The notes under the pieces: model-generated | Databases searched by the model: none | Told to the model about the DNA's origin: nothing | Seen by the model: the letters and a program-made list of their open reading frames with translations, nothing else | In this document: positions 16,072 to 23,745 of the stretch, piece by piece | Position numbering within the stretch: the stretch's first letter is position 1 | How the letters are laid out: each line of letters begins with the position of its first letter | Translations under genes and position numbers: made by a program | From: a virus | Taxonomy: Duplodnaviria; Caudoviricetes | Direction: 5' to 3' (one strand) | IMG/VR virus record: IMGVR_UViG_3300042471_000059 | Coordinates: 1 to 25,739 of that record | DNA: 25,739 nucleotides

Positions 16072-17351
16072 GCAGACAGCTCCTTCATTGCAGGCTTCCA
16101 AGACTCCTCAAAAACCTTGTCGGCTCCGTACCCTAGGGCATGGGTGATCGCGTCCTTAGACGGGCCTCTAGGCGCGTTATAGGCCGACTTCAGAGCATTA
16201 ACGATGTCAGGCACGTTAGGTGTGAAGAACCATGACTTCTGTGCCGCATCCCACCAAGGCTGACCTTCGACCGTCCAGCCGTCACCGACCAGTTCAGGTT
16301 GCGCCGTGAAGTTTGAAACGATCACACGACAACCACAAGCCTGAGCCTCAATGACAGGAATACCAAAACCTTCACCCATCGAGCAAGCCAGCAGAACATC
16401 GGATGCTGTGTACATCGCAGCCATCACATTCTGAGGCATACCATGCCGATACGCATACTGATCAACGATCCGATACTTGTCATCGCCGATACCGCAAGCA
16501 CTCATCAACTCGACCAGATTGATACCAGACATCGCACCATTCGGTTCCGTGTACAAATACAGCACAGCGTCAGGATGATCTTTTGCGAAAATAGAGAACG
16601 CAAGAATGTTCTCAGCCCAAGCCTTACGCGCAGGCTGCGAACCTTTATTCGTCGCAACCATCGACACCACGAATCTGTCTTCTTCCCAGCCCATGAACTC
16701 GCGACCAGTCATCTTCCGACCATTCGCCAATGTCACCGATTCGGTTGGTTGAAACACAGGTTCGATTGCGTGAGGAACATAAAGATGATTCACACCTGCG
16801 ATGTCAAGCATCCGTGAACCAAACTTTGACATCGCTATCGGTCGCACATTTTTGCGTGAACACCAAGCCAACACATCTGGCGGTGTCGGCTGATGATCAA
16901 TCGGAACCCATGACGCGATGTTTTTCCAATCTTTCAACGACTCAGATTTCAACACCCACACGTCAAACAAAGTCATCATCAACGTCGGTGTCGACAAATC
17001 TTGGTTAGCCCATTCCATTGTGTGTGCAACAACGACGTCGTCAGAGTATGTGAAGAGTCCTTGCGGATATATTTTGAATCCGTTCCATGTCGATGCCGAA
17101 CCTGCTAGTCCGTACATCGCGTGGACTGCTACTTGGTGGCCTTCTTTCGCGAGCCTTTGGATGACTTGCGCGGTTTGCTGACCGTATCCTGTTGCAGCCC
17201 AAGGTGCGTTGCTATACCAGAGGACTCGGAGTCGGTCGGGATTGGTAGGTCTGACACTTCCAACAAGTGCGCTACGCCCGCTCGGAGCAAACGCTCCGCT
17301 AAATATCCCGGCATCTCCACCGGTATGCCCTTGACGATTACGGTCTGCCAC
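16056..17351 (-). CDS. GT4 (GT-B) glycosyltransferase
   Basis: TGYG, RK, and YTASDVLL...GEGFGIPVIEAQACG (E-x7-E); GTG start 5 nt after AGGAGG. Confidence 0.92.
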   Translation of the reverse strand: MADRNRQGHTGGDAGIFSGAFAPSGRSALVGSVRPTNPDRLRVLWYSNAPWAATGYGQQTAQVIQRLAKEGHQVAVHAMYGLAGSASTWNGFKIYPQGLFTYSDDVVVAHTMEWANQDLSTPTLMMTLFDVWVLKSESLKDWKNIASWVPIDHQPTPPDVLAWCSRKNVRPIAMSKFGSRMLDIAGVNHLYVPHAIEPVFQPTESVTLANGRKMTGREFMGWEEDRFVVSMVATNKGSQPARKAWAENILAFSIFAKDHPDAVLYLYTEPNGAMSGINLVELMSACGIGDDKYRIVDQYAYRHGMPQNVMAAMYTASDVLLACSMGEGFGIPVIEAQACGCRVIVSNFTAQPELVGDGWTVEGQPWWDAAQKSWFFTPNVPDIVNALKSAYNAPRGPSKDAITHALGYGADKVFEESWKPAMKELSAWCRS

Positions 17352-17353
17352 AT
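17129..17353 (-). CDS. Small 74-aa protein overlapping the GT4 5' end in another frame
   Basis: ATG 17353, 3 nt after AGGAGG; MWQTVIVKGIPVEMPGYLAERLLRAGVAHLLE...KPRKSSKGSRKKATK resembles small post-capsid phage proteins (folded N-terminus, basic tail). Confidence 0.55.
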   Translation of the reverse strand: MWQTVIVKGIPVEMPGYLAERLLRAGVAHLLEVSDLPIPTDSESSGIATHLGLQQDTVSKPRKSSKGSRKKATK

Positions 17354-17369
17354 GATCCTCCTAAGAATA

Positions 17370-17451
17370 GTGCAGAGAAATGGAAAGTCCACGGCCAACC
17401 CTGCACGAAATGGCCGTGGACTTAATCCTAGTCACAGTCCTTGCGGACTGT
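17370..17451 (-). ncRNA. Structured intergenic RNA: GCAA-tetraloop hairpin, 13-bp hairpin and potential pseudoknot
   Basis: ACAGTCC-GCAA-GGACTGT (17434-17451); AAGTCCACGGCCA/TGGCCGTGGACTT (17385-17423); loop GTGCAGGG is complementary to CTCTGCAC (17370-17377). Confidence 0.55.
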
Positions 17452-17475
17452 CATGTTTTTACTTCGAAAGAACTA

Positions 17476-18672
17476 TTAAGCAGTTCCGCCGATGAAGTAT
17501 TTGACATGTGATGTTTGTGGCAAGTTGCCGTCAACACGCATCGTTGCGCGGAAGGTAACAAGGCCTGCGTTGAATGCGTAGTCATCGCTGCGATCCAACT
17601 TGATGCCGCCAACTTGACGAACATAGTACGAAGGAAGGTGTCCGAAGATTACCGACTTCGCGTTAGTTGCTGTGTTGGCCATTGCTGGGTTCTCGAATAC
17701 TGGGTATCCAAGAAGCAAGTCTTGCGCATCAGCGTTGAGTGCTGGTGAGAAGACGTAATTGCCTGCTGTGTCTTTGAGAGAACGCATCTTCGCGATTGAA
17801 GACGAGTTCATCTGGAAGCCTGAACCTGCAAGACGACGACCTGTTGTGTCTACCGAGTAGACGAGGCTGATCAAGTTGTCTGCTGTGAACTGACCAGTCA
17901 CACCCGTTCCGCCAGTTACGCCGGCAGCTGCTGCTGTGACGATACCTTTTGGTTGGTTTGTGCCTGTTCCAGTTGTCAAAGCATCGTTCACACGGAAGCC
18001 AAGTTCGTTGCCGACCTGTGCTGCCAAGAATGACAAGATGTCAACACCGCTGTCTTCGATCAACTCTGTTGAGAGTTGAACAAGGAACGAATACTTGTAT
18101 GCGCCCAAGGTGATGAACGAGTTGAAGATTGGATCTGACTCGCTGATTGCTGTGCCTTCGCCAACGATTGCTGCAGTTGAATACTGAGCAAGTGATGGAA
18201 TCTGAAGGTTTTCGCCTGATGCTGTGTTCAAGACTGTCGAAGTCTGGAGCATTGGACCAACGTTACGAGCAAGCATGATTACTTGGTCATAGAACGATGT
18301 TGGTACTGGTGCGCCTGCTGATGTCTTTACAACGTCACGCTTCTCAAACGAGTGCGAACGAAGTTCGCCCTTCGCCATTGAGCGAATGACTTCTGCATCT
18401 GAACGAACACCGCGTGGAGCGTCAGCGACAGGACGAACCTGGTCTGCGATGTCACGAGTTGCTGCTTCAAGACGAAGTTCACGGGCCTCATCGGCGCGGA
18501 GCTTCTCGATTGTTGCTTGGCGATCTTCAAGTTCTTTGCTGATGCGCTCGTATGTCTGAGTCTCTTCTGCTGACAAGTCACGCTTCTCAGCGGCTGCAAC
18601 ATCAAGAATCTTCTTTGCGGCTTCCCACGCTGTAGCGCGTTGAGCCATTTGTTGTTCAATAAATTGTTTCAT
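17476..18672 (-). CDS. Major capsid protein, HK97 family
   Basis: Coiled-coil delta domain (~110 aa); VPTSFYDQVI, VGEGTAISESD, LSTELIEDS, GTGTNQPKGI, LKDTAGNY, LLGYPV and FRATMRVDG motifs. Confidence 0.97.
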   Translation of the reverse strand: MKQFIEQQMAQRATAWEAAKKILDVAAAEKRDLSAEETQTYERISKELEDRQATIEKLRADEARELRLEAATRDIADQVRPVADAPRGVRSDAEVIRSMAKGELRSHSFEKRDVVKTSAGAPVPTSFYDQVIMLARNVGPMLQTSTVLNTASGENLQIPSLAQYSTAAIVGEGTAISESDPIFNSFITLGAYKYSFLVQLSTELIEDSGVDILSFLAAQVGNELGFRVNDALTTGTGTNQPKGIVTAAAAGVTGGTGVTGQFTADNLISLVYSVDTTGRRLAGSGFQMNSSSIAKMRSLKDTAGNYVFSPALNADAQDLLLGYPVFENPAMANTATNAKSVIFGHLPSYYVRQVGGIKLDRSDDYAFNAGLVTFRATMRVDGNLPQTSHVKYFIGGTA

Positions 18673-18725
18673 GATTACTCCATGATTGGTTAAGTTTGTG
18701 GATGCGCAGGAAGTTGTATTCCGAA

Positions 18726-18786
18726 TGGCGCGGAACGCTGACCAATCTCTAGCCGTAGCGGGACGCTTACCGACAGACCGAGTGTA
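18726..18786 (-). promoter_or_regulatory. Capsid-gene leader: candidate -10 TACACT followed by two similar hairpins (GGTnAGCGTyCCGC)
   Basis: Minus strand gtcGGTAAGCGTCCCGCtacggc and tGGTCAGCGTTCCGCgcca. Confidence 0.5.
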
Positions 18787-18795
18787 TATGAGAAA

Positions 18796-20643
18796 CTAAA
18801 AGTTTTTCAACAGTTCAAGTTTTTTCGCCATCAAGTTTATTGATGCGGGAACTTTGGCTGGTTCGGCTCGAAGTTTGCTGACCGCGCTCGACAACAGATC
18901 AGCCGATTCATCAGTCAAAGTGTTGCCAGATTCGAGCATCGTGATCGCTTCGGCGAGTTTGTTTGCGTCAACGCCTGTGCGCTCGGCAAGGATGTCAAGA
19001 GAACGAACAGAAGCCGAAGTGGCCGTATAAGCAGGGAACCCTGTCACAACCGAAACCTCATGCAAACGCACCTGACGCAGTTCGCGGGTCATTCCGTCAT
19101 CTGACCATTTGTCGCCACCGGCAGGAACCGAGAACCCGAACGACATTGAGTCAACATCGCCGCGCTTCATCAACACTGACAAGTCACGACCGACTGTCGT
19201 GTCTGGAAGATCGGCTTCAACAAGCAAACCTTTCGAGTCTTCTTGCAGACGCAAAGTCTTTGAACGTGTCGAAGCAAGAAGCATTGACGAGTCATGGTTC
19301 ATGTACATCTTGATTGTGTTACGACCCTTCAAAGATTTCTTGAACGCACCTGGTGCGATTCGCTCAATGAATGGCAACGGTTCGGAATCAGAGTTGAAGA
19401 CTGCCGCGTAACCTGTGAACGACATTCCGTCACCTGTTGGACCTTGACGCAATTCGAAGTCGTTGATATGAATGCGGCGTGTCTCTAATGATTCGCTCAT
19501 GCCGTCAATCATAACAACATTCACGGGCAAGGTTCTAGAAGATCTCGGATGATCTTTGGGAAGTAGATCGTTATCGGTGATGTACTTCGGATTCTCTGGA
19601 CGACCGTTGCGCAACAAATACAAGAACGAATTGACCCGCGCATACGCCCATTGATTCCTGGTCATGCCTGGACGGTGAGATGTCGAATATGCTCCGGCAC
19701 CGCGACGGAACACGGTTCGCAACATGCCGACAGTTGCCCGCTTCCAAGACGGATCCGCACCATCAAGTTTCTCGTTGTGTTCATCGGCCTTGTTCTTCAA
19801 ACCTTTTTCGATTGCTTCGGTCAATTCGATTGTGTCCGACCCAGCAGGAGCTTTCGCTGAACCTTTCGGATTCTTATCTGAACCGATGATCTGGTCTGAT
19901 GGTGGTGCTGGTGCGCGTTCGGATTGGATTGCTTCAGATTTTCTTGCGAACCAATCTCGTGCCGGCTGAGGGTTCAACGGGTTGATGCCCCACAGGTAAT
20001 GTGCGACCGCACCCGCACCAGGGAACTGGTCGTCGGTCGAATCCGAGTTCTTTGGTGCTTGTAGGTCTACGGCGTGTCGTTGCGCCCATGCGTTCGCTCG
20101 CACGACTTTGTCTTCGGTGATGTCGCCTCGCGCCATGTCTCGTGCCTCACGAACGGTTCTATCGACCAGCCCTTCACCCGCAAGACCTTGACCGTAGTAG
20201 TCCAATCCTTTTCTTGCTGCGGTACGAATGTAGACAGGTATCTCAAGAGATACCTGACGTACCGATTCTTCTTCTTCTTCTTCTTCTTCCATCTCTTCTT
20301 CGTGTGGTTGCCATGCGTTGCAATAGAATCCGCCGTCAACATACTCGTCCCACTTCTCGCACCATGCTTTGAGATTGTCGCCATCTGCGATCACATTGTC
20401 ATCATCGTAAAACGCACAGTTACCGCAAGCACGACCTTCAGGAACATCTGGTGACAACGCAGGCCGATAGTTGTCAGGCAACGCACGTTCGCCACCAGGT
20501 TCCATATCCTCGGCGATAGACACCGCGACCATCTGATCGATTGCATCCTGTTTCGTTGTGTGACAGCCGATCACTTCACCATCTTCTTTGATGGTTGCCC
20601 ACCCAGAACAATCTGGTGATTTGTCGGTAATGAAGTAAGGCAT
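18796..20643 (-). CDS. Multidomain HK97-family prohead protease with N-terminal accessory domains, including a HiPIP-like Cys domain
   Basis: C-terminal 234 aa: FTGYAAVFN, ERIAPGAF, NHD, MSFGF and LHEVSVVTGFPAY (peptidase S78). Upstream: CGNC...C...YCNAW, poly-Glu linker and two further helical domains. Confidence 0.9.
   Translation of the reverse strand: MPYFITDKSPDCSGWATIKEDGEVIGCHTTKQDAIDQMVAVSIAEDMEPGGERALPDNYRPALSPDVPEGRACGNCAFYDDDNVIADGDNLKAWCEKWDEYVDGGFYCNAWQPHEEEMEEEEEEEESVRQVSLEIPVYIRTAARKGLDYYGQGLAGEGLVDRTVREARDMARGDITEDKVVRANAWAQRHAVDLQAPKNSDSTDDQFPGAGAVAHYLWGINPLNPQPARDWFARKSEAIQSERAPAPPSDQIIGSDKNPKGSAKAPAGSDTIELTEAIEKGLKNKADEHNEKLDGADPSWKRATVGMLRTVFRRGAGAYSTSHRPGMTRNQWAYARVNSFLYLLRNGRPENPKYITDNDLLPKDHPRSSRTLPVNVVMIDGMSESLETRRIHINDFELRQGPTGDGMSFTGYAAVFNSDSEPLPFIERIAPGAFKKSLKGRNTIKMYMNHDSSMLLASTRSKTLRLQEDSKGLLVEADLPDTTVGRDLSVLMKRGDVDSMSFGFSVPAGGDKWSDDGMTRELRQVRLHEVSVVTGFPAYTATSASVRSLDILAERTGVDANKLAEAITMLESGNTLTDESADLLSSAVSKLRAEPAKVPASINLMAKKLELLKNF
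19501..19516 (-). promoter_or_regulatory. Candidate internal extended -10 promoter (TGtTATGAT) 7 nt before the in-frame ATG 19500
   Basis: TATGAT-tgacggc-ATG sits at the protease domain boundary and parallels TACCAT-tggtggc-ATG before terS. Confidence 0.5.
20266..20289 (-). repeat. (GAA)n trinucleotide run encoding a poly-Glu linker
   Basis: About 8 TTC units on the + strand; protein EEEMEEEEEEEES. Confidence 0.85.
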
Positions 20644-20906
20644 TACGGAGTGATGAGCGTGAATGCTACTGTGTGGCCTGTTTTGCTTGATATCGCGTAC
20701 ATGCTTTGTCCTGGGTACATGACAAAGTCTTCTGATGAACTTTTCTGCAACGCATGACCTGTGTTTACCGCGACCGTCGCACCGCCAACAAAGATTGTGT
20801 CGGTATTGTCAAGATTGCTGACATGTAATTGTCCTGGGTTCACTCCACTGTGTGTGATGAGTGTGGCGGCTGTGCCGACTGCGATTGATCCGTTTGTGAT
20901 TGGCAT
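20643..20906 (-). CDS. Small beta-rich hypothetical protein (possible virion component)
   Basis: 87 aa; SD GAGGT; TAATG coupling to the protease gene. Confidence 0.75.
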   Translation of the reverse strand: MPITNGSIAVGTAATLITHSGVNPGQLHVSNLDNTDTIFVGGATVAVNTGHALQKSSSEDFVMYPGQSMYAISSKTGHTVAFTLITP

Positions 20907-20916
20907 GATTGTTACC

Positions 20917-21663
20917 TCAGATCATCAATAGTAGTTCAGCGTCATCTTCCAAGATGCTGAATGTGATAGTGCTTGTCGCTTGTGCCTGCATCCCTGTCAA
21001 CGATGTTGAAGCAACCGCATAGCGTCGTTTCGGTTCAATGACCGGTATCTCCACGACTGGCTCGATGACGGGTTCAATCTTCTTGCGTGGTGTCGTTGAA
21101 TAAACTCTGCGACCACCAGACGGTGTCGGTGTCGGCTCAGGTTCTGGCGGTGTCGGTATTGAATCAACTGTGGCGATTAGACCGCCAAGGCTCGCTGTCG
21201 CGACAGCGTTCTGTTCGACTGCTGTGACAGCCGAAGCGGCAAGACCGCCGAGGTCAGCCGATGCGGTTGCGGGTAGTGCGACTGTGGCAGTGGCCGAAGC
21301 AGTAAGACCGCCGAGAGTTGCTGAGGCTGTTGCCGGTAGGACAACTGTTGTGGTCGCCGAAGCAATAAGACCACCAAGATCGGCAGACGCTATCGCAGGC
21401 AGAACAACTGTGGCAGTCGCGGTACTTGTCAAACCATCAAGCGACGCTGAAGCCGTAACCGAATGTGTGACGATCGTTGTCGCCGTCGCCGACATTCCAC
21501 CAAGTGACGCTGAACCTGCGGCTGTGGTTAAGAACTGTCCGCCATCAAGAACATTTGTACCGTTCAGTGTTGATGCGTCAAGAATGAACGCTGATGGACC
21601 ATCGAGTCCTGTGGTGGCGTCGTTCAGTTCGCTCGTGTCGAGCAGGAATCTTTTGACCGCCAT
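20917..21663 (-). CDS. Repeat-containing Ala/Thr-rich protein (possible fibre or stalk)
   Basis: Six ~21-aa repeats, Pro-rich linker, C-terminal EDDAELLLMI. Confidence 0.75.
   Translation of the reverse strand: MAVKRFLLDTSELNDATTGLDGPSAFILDASTLNGTNVLDGGQFLTTAAGSASLGGMSATATTIVTHSVTASASLDGLTSTATATVVLPAIASADLGGLIASATTTVVLPATASATLGGLTASATATVALPATASADLGGLAASAVTAVEQNAVATASLGGLIATVDSIPTPPEPEPTPTPSGGRRVYSTTPRKKIEPVIEPVVEIPVIEPKRRYAVASTSLTGMQAQATSTITFSILEDDAELLLMI
21160..21530 (-). repeat. About six 63-nt (21-aa) tandem repeats, consensus LPATASAxLGGLxASATxTVV
   Basis: Seen in the translation; the DNA copies are diverged. Boundaries are approximate. Confidence 0.85.
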
Positions 21664-21672
21664 CGCGGCCTA

Positions 21673-22056
21673 CTAACTAGCGACGGTCAAAGATGCAGAC
21701 AGATTGCCAGATGAGATTGTGTAAGTGTCACCAGCTGTGTAGGCGTTGCCTGTGATCGTGCCTGAGAACAAGAAGTTGCCGGCACTGATGTTGTCCCAAG
21801 CGGTGAAGTGTGTTGCGTCTTGCGAACCTGCGATATTTGTCCAACTGATATCTGCATCGGATGTGATCGCACCGTTTGACGCTGCACCGAACGAAACAAC
21901 TTTGCGTGTCGTCTCTGTTGCCGCTCCGCTTGTGCCATTTGCTCCAGGATCCGAAACATGAAGTTTCACATACACGTTCGTCACCGAATATGCGGTCGCA
22001 TTGCCGAGCGCGTCAAGAAACGAGTTGCAAAGATAAGCAGATAAACCTGTAGCCAT
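21673..22056 (-). CDS. Putative virion structural protein (beta-sandwich)
   Basis: 127 aa; VYVKLHVSDPG...THFTAWDNISAGNFL...AGDTYTISSGNL, a type seen in phage fibre/baseplate regions; TAATG-coupled to the portal gene. Confidence 0.7.
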   Translation of the reverse strand: MATGLSAYLCNSFLDALGNATAYSVTNVYVKLHVSDPGANGTSGAATETTRKVVSFGAASNGAITSDADISWTNIAGSQDATHFTAWDNISAGNFLFSGTITGNAYTAGDTYTISSGNLSASLTVAS

Positions 22057-23585
22057 TACTCTTCAACCCTTTCGGTGATAGTCAAGATTCTACCTTCGGT
22101 ATCACGTTCAACAGTTCGCACAGTCGGCTTGTTCTCAGGCACGTTCACACGCACCACCGTCTCAGGAACATTGATGACAGGTGCGGCCACGTTCACGTTC
22201 GCCGGTGGAACATTCACAACCACCTCAGGCATCGTCACATTCACGTCACGCTGATTCACATCATAGGTCGGTGTCGGCTCAGTGACTTGTTGCAAGAGAA
22301 CTGGTGCGACACCAGTGTGAACGATCGGCTCGATGTCAAGTGCTTTCAATACGGATGCTGGTTCAAAACCTGCGTTGATGAGGCGTTGAGCCATCATCGT
22401 TTTGCGGTCAAGCTCCGTGAGTCCAGCAGCGGCAAGATCGACGTTGGCGAGCGGTACACGGTAAGCATCGCCACCATCAGCTGGACGCAAATCTTCGAAT
22501 CGGCGAACATCATTGATTGACAACCAGCCTGCCTGTAGTCCTGATGAATATCCTGCGACTCTTGAACCGAAGTCGCCACGCATCAAACCATCAAGGTTAA
22601 ACTTCATAAACGCACCATTGGTGAGAAGTTTGTTCGAGTATCCGTCTTCGATCTTGGTGACGTATGGTCGGAGTGTGTGCATCACGAAATGAATGCCGTT
22701 CATTTCAACCGAAGCATACGCTTGCGCACCTGACTGAATCACACCAGCCATCGATGGTGGTACACGGAACGCACGAAGGATTTCTTCAACTGCGAACTGT
22801 CGTGATTGTAGGAATTGTGAGTCGTCTGGTGCGACCGAAGTTGTCGTGTACTTCGCACCACCGAACAGGATGCCTGGACGGTGTGAGCGGCGCAAACCTT
22901 TGTGACCTTCTTCAAATCCGTCAACAAGCGACTTGGCTTGTTCACGGGTCAGGTTGCCTGGGAACTCGATGATGCCAGAAGTATGTGAACCTTGACCGAA
23001 GAACCTTGCAGCGAACTCTTCTAATGCCTTCGACAATCCGAGGTTCTCTTTGATTAGTTCGATGCGTGAACGGCCACGAAGATCACCAGGCAAACGCAAC
23101 TCCGACAGATGAATCATGTCATCATGCTCGATGATGTACTGATTGTCGTAAACGTAGATGATGCGACGCGACTCGTCGCGTTTCACTTCAACTTTCAACG
23201 GATTCAAAACCGACAAACCTGCGATGCCTTGACTGTCACGAATGATGCGAGTAAACGAATTGCCGTTCAACAGCATCGAAACAAGTACCTGCTGGAAGTG
23301 ATCAGTGCGTGACACACCGATTTCAGGCATGTCAACCCATTCAGGTCGCGGACGGTAAGGACGGCGATCACCATCGACACGAATGTATGTGTCCACTGGC
23401 AGAGTTGAGATAGAGTCGGCGATTAGTCGGACACACGCATACACGGTTCCGATCTTGAGTGAATCTTCTTGCGTGACAACTGTGCCGGCGTTCGTTGTGA
23501 ATTGGAATGCGTCACCTGCCGCGAACAAAGATTGAAACGAGATCGCTCTCTCTTCCTCTCTTGGGTTGAACAGTCTTGACAACAT
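22056..23585 (-). CDS. Portal protein, HK97 family, with a C-terminal extension
   Basis: VYACVRLIADSISTLP, LLNGNSF, QFLQSR...EILRAFRVPP and GWLSINDVRRFEDL motifs. Confidence 0.96.
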   Translation of the reverse strand: MLSRLFNPREEERAISFQSLFAAGDAFQFTTNAGTVVTQEDSLKIGTVYACVRLIADSISTLPVDTYIRVDGDRRPYRPRPEWVDMPEIGVSRTDHFQQVLVSMLLNGNSFTRIIRDSQGIAGLSVLNPLKVEVKRDESRRIIYVYDNQYIIEHDDMIHLSELRLPGDLRGRSRIELIKENLGLSKALEEFAARFFGQGSHTSGIIEFPGNLTREQAKSLVDGFEEGHKGLRRSHRPGILFGGAKYTTTSVAPDDSQFLQSRQFAVEEILRAFRVPPSMAGVIQSGAQAYASVEMNGIHFVMHTLRPYVTKIEDGYSNKLLTNGAFMKFNLDGLMRGDFGSRVAGYSSGLQAGWLSINDVRRFEDLRPADGGDAYRVPLANVDLAAAGLTELDRKTMMAQRLINAGFEPASVLKALDIEPIVHTGVAPVLLQQVTEPTPTYDVNQRDVNVTMPEVVVNVPPANVNVAAPVINVPETVVRVNVPENKPTVRTVERDTEGRILTITERVEE

Positions 23586-23737
23586 TAGTTTCTAGCCGCT
23601 TTCTTTGACCGCTCCCAAGCCAAGGTGAAGGCAAGCAGAGATGCGCCTGTAAAGATTAGCCCAAGCGGTAGAGCAATGTAAAATACGCCGACCGCAATCA
23701 TCAACATCGCGACCAATTCCAATAACAATACAATCAT
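23585..23737 (-). CDS. Small hydrophobic membrane protein (50 aa), not in the ORF track
   Basis: MIVLLLELVAMLMIAVGVFYIALPLGLIFTGASLLAFTLAWERSKKAARN; SD AGGAG; TAATG overlap with the portal gene. Confidence 0.8.
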   Translation of the reverse strand: MIVLLLELVAMLMIAVGVFYIALPLGLIFTGASLLAFTLAWERSKKAARN

Positions 23738-23745
23738 CTCTCTCC

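Noticed and set aside
17385-17423. Simple Rho-independent terminator call
   Set aside because: The loop is large and the U-tract is interrupted, so it is recorded as a structured RNA instead; partial termination cannot be excluded.
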